From positions 928,001 through 992,000 of the forward strand of contig CAVXGK010000001.1 in the NCBI GenBank assembly GCA_963761305.1: 64,000 bases of DNA, written 5' to 3'. A program made the translations under genes and the position numbers. This DNA is from an uncultured Gemmatimonadaceae bacterium. Its GTDB lineage: Bacteria > Gemmatimonadota > Gemmatimonadetes > Gemmatimonadales > Gemmatimonadaceae. Position 1 is the first letter of the stretch, and each line of letters starts with the position of its first letter. The notes under the pieces are model-generated. The model saw nothing but the letters and a program-made list of their open reading frames with translations. It had not been told where the DNA came from and made no database searches. Below are positions 1 through 10,769 of this stretch, one piece after another.

Positions 1-659
1 ATGCGGATCCGAGGCGCGTCGGTCTCCATGGCGGCAGCTATAGCGGCCAGGGCGGCGCGTACATCTCGACGCAGTCCAAGATGTTCGCGGCGATCGCGAT
101 TCGCGCCGCGGCCGTCGACCTCGTCGCCGACTTCAACCAGCTCTGGAAGACGACGGGCACGAATCAACACCGCTACGACACGTACGGGCAGGGACGCTTC
201 GGCACGAACCCGTACGACAACCTACCGCTGTTCATGGATCAGTCGGCGGTGTTCCACGCGCAGTCGATGAATACACCGCTGCTCATTTTCCAGGGAACCA
301 ACGACGGCTCGACGGAGTGGCTGCAGGGCGTCGAGTTCTACAACGCGCTTCGGTTCCTCAAGAAGCCCGTGATCTTTCTCTCCTACGAAGGAGAAGGCCA
401 CGGTTTCACGCGCTACGACAACCAGTACGACGTCGAAGTGCGCATGCGCGAGTTCTACGATCACTACTTGAAGGACGCGCCGGCGACGGAGTGGATCGCG
501 AACGGAGTGCCGTTCGTGAAGAAGAAAGCGCCGACGGGCGCGGCCGCGCAGGCGGTGCAGTTGATGGGCGGCGGCGCGGGAATCGGCACGCCGATGGCGG
601 GCGCGGGTGGTGGCGGCGGCGGCGGCGGACAACCGCCGGCGGGGCCGCCGAACCCGTAG
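1..659 (+). CDS. S9 (prolyl oligopeptidase-family) peptidase, C-terminal part; 5' end lies outside the window
   Basis: The frame of ORF 81..659 is open from position 3: RVGLHGGSYSG (nucleophile elbow), IFQGTND (Asp), EGHGF (His); Gly/Pro-rich tail. Confidence 0.85.
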   Translation, partial: ADPRRVGLHGGSYSGQGGAYISTQSKMFAAIAIRAAAVDLVADFNQLWKTTGTNQHRYDTYGQGRFGTNPYDNLPLFMDQSAVFHAQSMNTPLLIFQGTNDGSTEWLQGVEFYNALRFLKKPVIFLSYEGEGHGFTRYDNQYDVEVRMREFYDHYLKDAPATEWIANGVPFVKKKAPTGAAAQAVQLMGGGAGIGTPMAGAGGGGGGGGQPPAGPPNP

Positions 660-680
660 CCAAGCGATCAACCGGACCAA

Positions 681-728
681 CGACGGGCGCTCTTCGCGAG
701 AGGAGCGCCCGTTGTGCTTTCTGTGTTT
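681..728 (+). terminator. Intrinsic terminator
   Basis: Stem ACGGGCGCTC/GAGCGCCCGT followed by a T-rich tail, just after the stop at 659. Confidence 0.7.
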
Positions 729-737
729 CCGTCGGGC

Positions 738-797
738 TTGCGCGTCCGATTCGCTCGTCGTACGTTGTTAACCGCATGGTTAAACCGTCTGGTCGAA
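738..797 (+). promoter_or_regulatory. Sigma70-type promoter and palindromic TetR operator overlapping the start codon
   Basis: TTGCGC(738)-17 bp-TACGTT(761); TTAACC-GCAT-GGTTAA at 768-783 contains ATG 776; degenerate second copy at 781-797. Confidence 0.6.
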
Positions 798-1465
798 CTC
801 GAACCAAGCCGACCAAGCGCGTCGCACACACGGCGCGTGAGCTCGACCGCGACACCGAACAGCGCATCCTCGACGCCGCGCACACCGTCTTCGTCAGGCA
901 CGGCACGGCCGGCGCGCGCATGCAGGAGATCGCCGAGGAAGCGGGCGTCAACAAAGCCCTCCTGCACTACTACTTCCGCAACAAGGCGCGCCTCGGCGAA
1001 GCGATCTTCCGCCGCGTCGCGCAGGGACTGTTTGCCCGCGTCGGCGCGATCCTCGGCGGCGCGGACAGTCTCGACGAGAAGGTGCGTCAGGTCGTCGCGA
1101 TCTACATCGACCAATTGCTGCTCACGCCGTACGCGCCCGGCTACGTGATCGGCGAGGTGAACCAACATCCCGAGCGCGCCAAACAGTTGCTCGACGCCGT
1201 CGGACAGATGCGCGCGCAGGCGATGGGCGAGCACTTCCTCGCCACCCTCGGCCGCCAGCTCGAGCAAGCGGCGCGCGACGGACGCATTCGCGCCATCTCG
1301 CTCGAGCAGTTCATCGCGAATCTCGCCTCGCTCTGCGTCTTTCCCTTCGCCGCGCGGCCGATGCTCGGCGCCGTGCTCCACCTCGACGACCGTGCCTTCG
1401 AGCGATTCATGCGCGAGCGAAAGGCCACGCTCGCCGACTTCATCCTCAACGCTCTCCGTCCATGA
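776..1465 (+). CDS. TetR/AcrR-family transcriptional regulator
   Basis: RILDAAHTVFVRHGTAGARMQEIAEEAGVNKALLHYYFRNK helix-turn-helix; start moved to ATG 776. Confidence 0.92.
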   Translation: MVKPSGRTRTKPTKRVAHTARELDRDTEQRILDAAHTVFVRHGTAGARMQEIAEEAGVNKALLHYYFRNKARLGEAIFRRVAQGLFARVGAILGGADSLDEKVRQVVAIYIDQLLLTPYAPGYVIGEVNQHPERAKQLLDAVGQMRAQAMGEHFLATLGRQLEQAARDGRIRAISLEQFIANLASLCVFPFAARPMLGAVLHLDDRAFERFMRERKATLADFILNALRP

Positions 1466-2799
1466 CCGGCGCCCGCTCTTCGATCGCGCTCGCGTTGCTG
1501 GCCGCGTTGCTGGCGACCGCCGTCGCCGGGGCGCAATCAGAGTGGTCCGCACCGCGCGACACCATTCGCCTGCCGGCGCTGCTCCAGCAGGCGACGATCT
1601 CCGATCCACGACAGCGCCAGTTCCAGCTGTCATCCGCCGCGACCGCGCTTCGCATCCAGAACATCGACACGGATCGCAAACCGTCGATCGCGCTGTCGGG
1701 CCAGGCGCAGTACCAGTCGTCGGTCACGACGATCGCCGTGCCGGCTCCGGTGCGCACGCTCAACATCGTCTTCCCCACGCCGCCGTACGACACGTACGAC
1801 GCCCACCTCAACGCCCAGCAGCCGCTGATCACTCCCAGCGTCGCGCCACGGCGCGTGGCGGAGCGCGCGCAGTTGGCGGAAACGCAGGCCGAACTTCGCG
1901 TCACTCTCTTCGGCCTCCGGCAGGACGTGAACGACGCCTTCTTCGGCGCGGTGCTGGCGCAGGAGCGCGAAGCGCAGATCGTCGTCACCGTCGTCGACCT
2001 CACGGCGCGATTGCGCGAGACGGCGATTCGGCTACGCGAGGGGGCGGCGCTTCCCGGCGACACGGCCGCGATCGCCGCGACGATTCTCCAGCGTCGTCAG
2101 GACCTCGCGCAGACGCATGCGGATCGGACCGCGGCTCTCGCCCGACTGTCCGAGCTCGTGCGCCAACCGATCAGCGATTCGGCCGCGCTCGTTTCACCCG
2201 ATCTCACCGCCGCGGTGACCCGCGCCGAGGCAACGGCACCGAGTGATGCGCGCGCGCGTCCCGAGTTCGCGCAGTTCGAGGCGACGCGCGCGCGTCTCGC
2301 CGCTCAGGAGGCCGTGGACGCGGCGGAGGATCGGCCGAAGATCTCGGCGTTCGGACGCGTCGGCTACGGCCGGCCCGGGCTCAACCTGCTCGCGTCGGGT
2401 TTTCAGCCGTATGCGCTCGGCGGTTTGCAGTTCGACTGGAAGCCGTGGAACTGGGGCACGACGACGCGCGATCGTCAGGAGCTCGAGCTCCAACGACAGA
2501 TCACGACGACGAACGAGCGTGCCTTCGCCGACCAGCTCGGACGCGGCGTACAGCCATATCTCGCGACGATGACGCGGCTCGACACGGCGATCGCCCTCGA
2601 CGACCGCATCGTCGCGCTGCGCGTCGAGATCGAGCGCGAGACGGCGGCCAAGCTTCGCGAGGGCGTCGTGACGGCCTCCGAATACGCCGATCGCAGCACC
2701 GACCTGCTCGCCGCGCGGCTGGCGAGCGCGCAGCACCGCGTCGAGTTGGCGCAGGCGCGGGCTGCCTATCTCACCATGCTGGGTTTGGAGATTCCGTAA
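1462..2799 (+). CDS. TolC-family outer membrane efflux protein
   Basis: Signal peptide, helical OEP-type repeats (RPEFAQF...PKISAFG), ATGA overlap with tetR, precedes HlyD. Confidence 0.85.
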   Translation: MTGARSSIALALLAALLATAVAGAQSEWSAPRDTIRLPALLQQATISDPRQRQFQLSSAATALRIQNIDTDRKPSIALSGQAQYQSSVTTIAVPAPVRTLNIVFPTPPYDTYDAHLNAQQPLITPSVAPRRVAERAQLAETQAELRVTLFGLRQDVNDAFFGAVLAQEREAQIVVTVVDLTARLRETAIRLREGAALPGDTAAIAATILQRRQDLAQTHADRTAALARLSELVRQPISDSAALVSPDLTAAVTRAEATAPSDARARPEFAQFEATRARLAAQEAVDAAEDRPKISAFGRVGYGRPGLNLLASGFQPYALGGLQFDWKPWNWGTTTRDRQELELQRQITTTNERAFADQLGRGVQPYLATMTRLDTAIALDDRIVALRVEIERETAAKLREGVVTASEYADRSTDLLAARLASAQHRVELAQARAAYLTMLGLEIP

Positions 2800-2800
2800 G

Positions 2801-3706
2801 ATGCGACCCATTCATCGATCGTTCGTGGCGGGCGGCGCGCTCCTCGTGACGGCAGCGTGCCAGAAAGCCTCCGGACCGGACGCGTACGGCAACGTCGAAG
2901 CGACGGAAGTCGTGGTCGGCTCGCAAACGGCCGGCCAACTCGAGTCGTTCGCGCCGATCGAGGGGCAGCAGTTGGACGCCGGCGCCGTCGTCGCCGTCGT
3001 CGACACCACGGCACTCGTGCTGCAGCTGCGTCAGGCGTCATCGGAGAGTGCGACGAGCGGCTCGCGGGTGGAGGAGGCGACGCGCCAACTCGGCGTGCTG
3101 GAGACCCAGCGCGACATCGCGCAACGTACGTACGACCGGACGCGGCGGCTGTTCACGCAACAGGCCGCGACGTCGCAGCAACTGGACCAGGCCGAGCGCG
3201 ACTACCGCACGCTGCTGGCGCAGATCGAGACGGGACACGCGCAGGTGCGCACCGCATCGCGAGACGTCGCGTCGAACGACGCGCGCGCGGCGCAGATTCG
3301 CGATCAGATCCGGCGGAGCCGCGTGGCCAACCCCGTGGGCGGTACGGTGCTCACGACGTACACGAAGCGCGGCGAGTTCGTGCAGATCGGACAGCCCCTG
3401 TACAAGATCGCGGACCTCGACACGGTCGAGCTGCGCGCCTACGTGACGGAGCCGCAGCTCGCGCAGGTGAAGCTTGGGAGTCGCGTCGAGGTCACGGTCG
3501 ACGTGGACGGCGCACGACGAACGTTGCCGGGCGTCGTGTCGTGGATCAGCTCCCAAGCGGAGTTCACGCCCACACCCATCGAGACGCGCGACGAGCGCAC
3601 GAATCTCGTTTACGCGATCAAGGTGCGCGTCGGCAATCAGGAGGCGGTGCTCAAGATCGGGATGCCGGCCGACGTGCAGTTCACCACGGTCACGGCGGCG
3701 AGATGA
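2801..3706 (+). CDS. HlyD/YbhG-family periplasmic adaptor (lipoprotein)
   Basis: TAAC lipobox; YGNVEATEV; WISSQAEFTP..IET..ER..LVYAIKV motif; LKIGMPADV. Confidence 0.92.
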   Translation: MRPIHRSFVAGGALLVTAACQKASGPDAYGNVEATEVVVGSQTAGQLESFAPIEGQQLDAGAVVAVVDTTALVLQLRQASSESATSGSRVEEATRQLGVLETQRDIAQRTYDRTRRLFTQQAATSQQLDQAERDYRTLLAQIETGHAQVRTASRDVASNDARAAQIRDQIRRSRVANPVGGTVLTTYTKRGEFVQIGQPLYKIADLDTVELRAYVTEPQLAQVKLGSRVEVTVDVDGARRTLPGVVSWISSQAEFTPTPIETRDERTNLVYAIKVRVGNQEAVLKIGMPADVQFTTVTAAR

Positions 3707-4704
3707 CTTCTGGCGTGCGGGAAGCGGGGCGCGGCGAAACGCAGGCGGCCGTCGTCGTCGACCGCATCTCGAAGCGGTTCGCCGATCGCGTCGCGCTCGA
3801 CGACGTCTCGGTCCGCGTCGGCGCGGGCGAGCTGTTTGGATTCATCGGCCCGGACGGCGCCGGCAAGACGACGCTGTTCCGGATTCTCACGACGCTCATC
3901 GTCCCGGATTCGGGCACGGCTCGCGTGCTCGACGTCGACGTCGTGGAAGGGATTTGGACGTTGCGCCGGCAGATCGGCTACATGCCGGGCCGTTTCTCGC
4001 TCTATCCCGACCTGAGCGTCGAGGAGAATCTGCGCTTCTTCGCGTCGGTGTTCGGTACGACGGTGGAGCGCGAGTACGAGCAGATCGCGCCGATCTACGT
4101 GCAGCTCGAACCGTTCCGCAGGCGGCGGGCGGCGGCGCTCTCGGGCGGCATGAAGCAGAAGCTCGCGCTCTGCTGCGCGCTCGTGCATCGCCCGAACATC
4201 CTTTTCCTCGACGAGCCGACGACGGGCGTCGACGCGGTGTCGCGGCGCGAGTTCTGGGAGCTGTTGGCGAAGTTCCGCGCCGGCGGACTGACGATCCTCG
4301 TCTCGACGCCGTACATGGACGAGGCGGATCGGTGCGATCGCGTCGCGCTGATGCAGCGCGGCCGCGTGCTCGCGATCGACGCGCCGAAGACGATCACGGC
4401 GTCGTATGAGCATCCGCTGTTTGCCGTGCGCGCCGCGAATCGCTACGCGGCGCTTCGAGCGCTGCGTTCCTACGAGAACACCGCGTCGGTCTATCCGTTC
4501 GGCGAGGCGCTGCACTTCGTGGACGCGCGCCCCGACGTCACTCCGGATCGCATCGCGGCCGGCGTCGTCGACGCGTTGCGCGCCGCCGGCATCGCCGACG
4601 CCACGGCCAACCAGATCCCGGCCACGATCGAAGACGTGTTCATGGCGCGGATGGGCGCGCCCGAGGGCGAAGAAGCCGAGGCTTCGCGGGGGAACGCCGC
4701 GTGA
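3703..4704 (+). CDS. ABC transporter ATP-binding protein (YbhF-like, first half)
   Basis: GPDGAGKTT, LSGGMKQK, LDEPTTGVD; ATG 3703 overlaps the HlyD stop. Confidence 0.92.
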   Translation: MTSGVREAGRGETQAAVVVDRISKRFADRVALDDVSVRVGAGELFGFIGPDGAGKTTLFRILTTLIVPDSGTARVLDVDVVEGIWTLRRQIGYMPGRFSLYPDLSVEENLRFFASVFGTTVEREYEQIAPIYVQLEPFRRRRAAALSGGMKQKLALCCALVHRPNILFLDEPTTGVDAVSRREFWELLAKFRAGGLTILVSTPYMDEADRCDRVALMQRGRVLAIDAPKTITASYEHPLFAVRAANRYAALRALRSYENTASVYPFGEALHFVDARPDVTPDRIAAGVVDALRAAGIADATANQIPATIEDVFMARMGAPEGEEAEASRGNAA

Positions 4705-5456
4705 TTCAGAGCGCCGGCGCGATTCGCGCCCACAACCTCACGCGCACGTTCGGCACGTTCACCGCCGTCGACCACGTCTCATTCGACGTGAGGCCGGGTG
4801 AAGTCTTCGGCTTTCTCGGCGCGAACGGCGCCGGGAAGACGACCGCGATGCGCATGCTCACCGGTCTCCTCGCGCCATCGAGCGGCGAGGCCACCGTTGC
4901 CGGCTTCGACGTCGCGACGCAGAGCGAAGCGATCAAGCAGAACATCGGCTACATGAGCCAGCGCTTCTCGCTCTACGACGACCTCACCGTGCGGGAGAAC
5001 ATCCGCTTGTACGGCGGCATCTACGATCTCACTCCGTCCGACCTCCGGGATCGCACGGCACGCATCCTCGACCGCCTCGGACTTGCTCGGGCCCGGAACG
5101 AGTTGGTGCGCGCGATCCCACTCGGCTGGAAACAGAAGCTCGCATTCTCCGTCGCGCTGCTGCACCAACCGAAGGTCGTGTTCCTCGACGAGCCGACGAG
5201 CGGCGTCGATCCGGTCACGCGCCGCCAGTTCTGGGAGCTGATCTACGAGGCCGCGCACGCCGGCACGACGGTGCTCGCCACCACGCACTACATGGACGAA
5301 GCCGAGTACTGCGATCGCATCTCGATCATGGTCGCGGGACGCATCGAGGCGATGGGCGCGCCGGCCGATCTCAAACGCCAGGCGAGCGTCTCGTCGATCG
5401 ACGAGCTGTTCGTGCGTCTCGCGCGTCCGACCGCCGAATCGGGGGCGTCGTCATGA
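4701..5456 (+). CDS. ABC transporter ATP-binding protein (YbhF-like, second half)
   Basis: GANGAGKTT, IPLGWKQKL, LDEPTSGVD, TTHYMDEAE. Confidence 0.92.
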   Translation: MIQSAGAIRAHNLTRTFGTFTAVDHVSFDVRPGEVFGFLGANGAGKTTAMRMLTGLLAPSSGEATVAGFDVATQSEAIKQNIGYMSQRFSLYDDLTVRENIRLYGGIYDLTPSDLRDRTARILDRLGLARARNELVRAIPLGWKQKLAFSVALLHQPKVVFLDEPTSGVDPVTRRQFWELIYEAAHAGTTVLATTHYMDEAEYCDRISIMVAGRIEAMGAPADLKRQASVSSIDELFVRLARPTAESGASS

Positions 5457-6556
5457 AGGCGCTCTGGGGGCTGCTGCGAAAAGAGACGTACCACATCCTG
5501 CGCGATCGCCGCACGCTCGCCGTGCTGATCTTCATGCCGATCGTACAGGTCATTCTGTTCGGCTTCTCGATTCGCACGGACGTGAGCGACGTCCGCTTGG
5601 CGATCGTCGACCCGTCGCCTGACGCGGCGACGTTGGCGATTCGCGACCGATTCAACGCCAGCGGCGTGTTCCGCACCGTCGCGGTCGCGGCCAGGGCGCA
5701 CGACGTCGAGCCGCTGTTCAAGTCCGACTCGGCGCAGGTGGCGATCCAATTTGAGCCCGACTTCGCGCGTCGGCTGGCGTCGGGACAACCGGCGCAGATC
5801 CTCGTCACGACGGACGCCACCGAGCCCAACTCGGGAACGTCGCGCCTGTTTTACGTCAACGCCGTTCTCCAGAGCTACGAGGCCGAGCAAACGCGGGGTG
5901 CCGGCGCCATCCAGATCGTTCCGCAGGCGCGATCGCGATACAATCCGACGCGCGAGAGCACGAACCTCTTCGTGCCCGGACTGATGGCGATGGTGCTGAT
6001 GATCATCGCGGCGCTCATGACCGCGCTCTCGATTACGCGCGAGAAAGAGACGGGGACGATGGAAGCGCTACTCGTGTCGCCGCTGCGGCCGTGGCAGATC
6101 ATCATCGGCAAGGTCGCGCCGTATCTCGGCATCGGCTTCCTGAGCGTTCTCGCGGTGCTCGGTGTCTCGCGACTCGTGTTCCGTGTGCCGATGGCGGGGA
6201 GCCTGACGCTGCTCCTCGCGCAAGGCACGCTCTTCATCCTGGTCGCGCTGGCGCTCGGCATTCTCGTCTCGGCGCGGACGTCGTCGCAGCGCGTGGCAAT
6301 GCTGGGGGCGTTGATGGGCACGATGCTTCCCACGCAGATGCTGTCCGGTTTCGTTTTTCCGATCGAGAGCATGCCCACGGTGCTCCAGTGGGTCACGTTC
6401 ATCGTGCCGGCGCGCTGGTTCGTCACCATCGTGCGCGGCATCATGCTCAAGGGCGTCGGCCTGGAGTACTTGTGGCGAGAGACGCTGGTGCTCGCCGCCA
6501 TGGCCCTCGCGCTACTCCTCGCCAGCGCGAAGTCGTTCAAGGTGCGGCTGCAATGA
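5453..6556 (+). CDS. ABC-2 type permease (YbhS-like)
   Basis: KETYHILRDRR, REKETGTMEALLVSP, LSGFVFPIESMP; multiple TM segments. Confidence 0.92.
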   Translation: MKALWGLLRKETYHILRDRRTLAVLIFMPIVQVILFGFSIRTDVSDVRLAIVDPSPDAATLAIRDRFNASGVFRTVAVAARAHDVEPLFKSDSAQVAIQFEPDFARRLASGQPAQILVTTDATEPNSGTSRLFYVNAVLQSYEAEQTRGAGAIQIVPQARSRYNPTRESTNLFVPGLMAMVLMIIAALMTALSITREKETGTMEALLVSPLRPWQIIIGKVAPYLGIGFLSVLAVLGVSRLVFRVPMAGSLTLLLAQGTLFILVALALGILVSARTSSQRVAMLGALMGTMLPTQMLSGFVFPIESMPTVLQWVTFIVPARWFVTIVRGIMLKGVGLEYLWRETLVLAAMALALLLASAKSFKVRLQ

Positions 6557-7740
6557 GCGCCCGACGACGCGGCTCGCCGTTCCTTCGGCGCGTGCTGGTG
6601 CTGGCGCACGCCGAGGTGCTGCACGTCAGCCGCGACCGGGCGTCGCTCGTGCAGATCATCGTCATGCCGCTGATCCAGTTGCTGCTGTTGTCGAACGTCG
6701 CGACGTTCGCGATCAAGCGGTCGCCCGTGTACGTCGTCGACTTCGACCGCACGAGTACCTCGCGAGGCGTGGTGAGCCGGCTGCGATCGTCGGGCTACTT
6801 CGACATGGTCGGCCAGTCCGCGTCGCCGGACTCGGCCAACGCCGCGATGCTCGGCGGACGGGCGACGCTCGTCGTGACGATCCCGCACGATTTCGAGCGG
6901 TCGCTCGTGCGGACGGGCAACGCTCCAATCGGTCTCGACGTGAACGCCGAGAAGGGCTCGGCGGCGGGCATCGTCCAGTCCTACGCCGTGGAGATTCTGA
7001 ACGACTACTCTCGCGAGTTGTCGGCCGTCCTTCGCCCGACGATCCACGCGGTGTCCGACGATCCGCTGGAGGCGCAGCCGCCCACGCCGGGTGAATCGCG
7101 CATCGAAGTGCGCACGGCATCGCTTTACAACCCGACGCTCAACTACAAGCACTACATGGTGCCGGGAATCCTGGTCGCGCTCGTCACGATGATCGGCACG
7201 CTGCTCACGGCGCAAAATATCGCTCGCGAGCGCGAGATGGGAACGCTCGAGCAGCTCAACGTCACGCCGATCACCAAGGCCGAGTTCATCACCGCCAAGC
7301 TGCTTCCGTTCTGGGTGCTGGCGCTGGTCGACATGTCGCTCGGCCTGCTCGTCGGCCATTTTGTGTTCGGCGTTCCAATCCGCGGCAGCCCGGTGTTGCT
7401 CCTCGCGGCGGCGGCGGTTTACCTGGTCGTTGCGCTCGCGATCGGCCTGCTGATCTCGACGGGTGTCGAGACGCAGCAACAGGCGATGTTCGTATCGTTC
7501 TTCATTCTGATGATCTACCTGTTGATGAGCGGGTTGCTGACGCCGATCGACAGCATGCCGCACTGGGTGCAGTTGCTGTCCGAGCTCAATCCGGTGCGTC
7601 ATTTCGTATCGATCTCGCGACAGATTCTCGTCAAAGGCGCCGGGTTCACGGACATCGCGGCTCCGCTTGGTGTCCTCGCGATTTACGGTGTGGTCACGTT
7701 GGCGCTCGCGATCCGGTTGTACCACAAACGGACCGCGTGA
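6553..7740 (+). CDS. ABC-2 type permease (YbhR-like)
   Basis: REREMGTLEQLNVTP, MSGLLTPIDSMP; ATG 6553 overlaps the previous stop. Confidence 0.92.
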   Translation: MSARRRGSPFLRRVLVLAHAEVLHVSRDRASLVQIIVMPLIQLLLLSNVATFAIKRSPVYVVDFDRTSTSRGVVSRLRSSGYFDMVGQSASPDSANAAMLGGRATLVVTIPHDFERSLVRTGNAPIGLDVNAEKGSAAGIVQSYAVEILNDYSRELSAVLRPTIHAVSDDPLEAQPPTPGESRIEVRTASLYNPTLNYKHYMVPGILVALVTMIGTLLTAQNIAREREMGTLEQLNVTPITKAEFITAKLLPFWVLALVDMSLGLLVGHFVFGVPIRGSPVLLLAAAAVYLVVALAIGLLISTGVETQQQAMFVSFFILMIYLLMSGLLTPIDSMPHWVQLLSELNPVRHFVSISRQILVKGAGFTDIAAPLGVLAIYGVVTLALAIRLYHKRTA

Positions 7741-7984
7741 CGGTAAGACGTCCACCCTTCTCGCCGTTTCATCTGCGGCATCGCTGTTCAGATCTGCGGC
7801 ATCTGCGTCAGGTTTCTTGCCTTCAGTTGTAGCCAGACAGACCCGTAGAAAACGCGTAAGGCTCTGGCGCTCGAACCGGGCGCGTTAGATTAGTTGGTAG
7901 CCTGGCGGTCGACGTGCGCGTCCCGCCAGTGGCTCCGTCAGTCACCTCGCTGGGCCAAAAGCCTCGAGTCGAGAGACAAGTCCA

Positions 7985-10759
<2,775 letters not shown>

Positions 10760-10769
10760 CGGCTGCGGC

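Noticed and set aside
317..775. N-terminal extensions in the ORF track (tetR, 2857, 6091, 15020, 23841, 32254, 37903, 41419, 50700, 52399)
   Set aside because: They overlap upstream genes or terminators; starts were reassigned downstream using overlaps, RBS and domain boundaries
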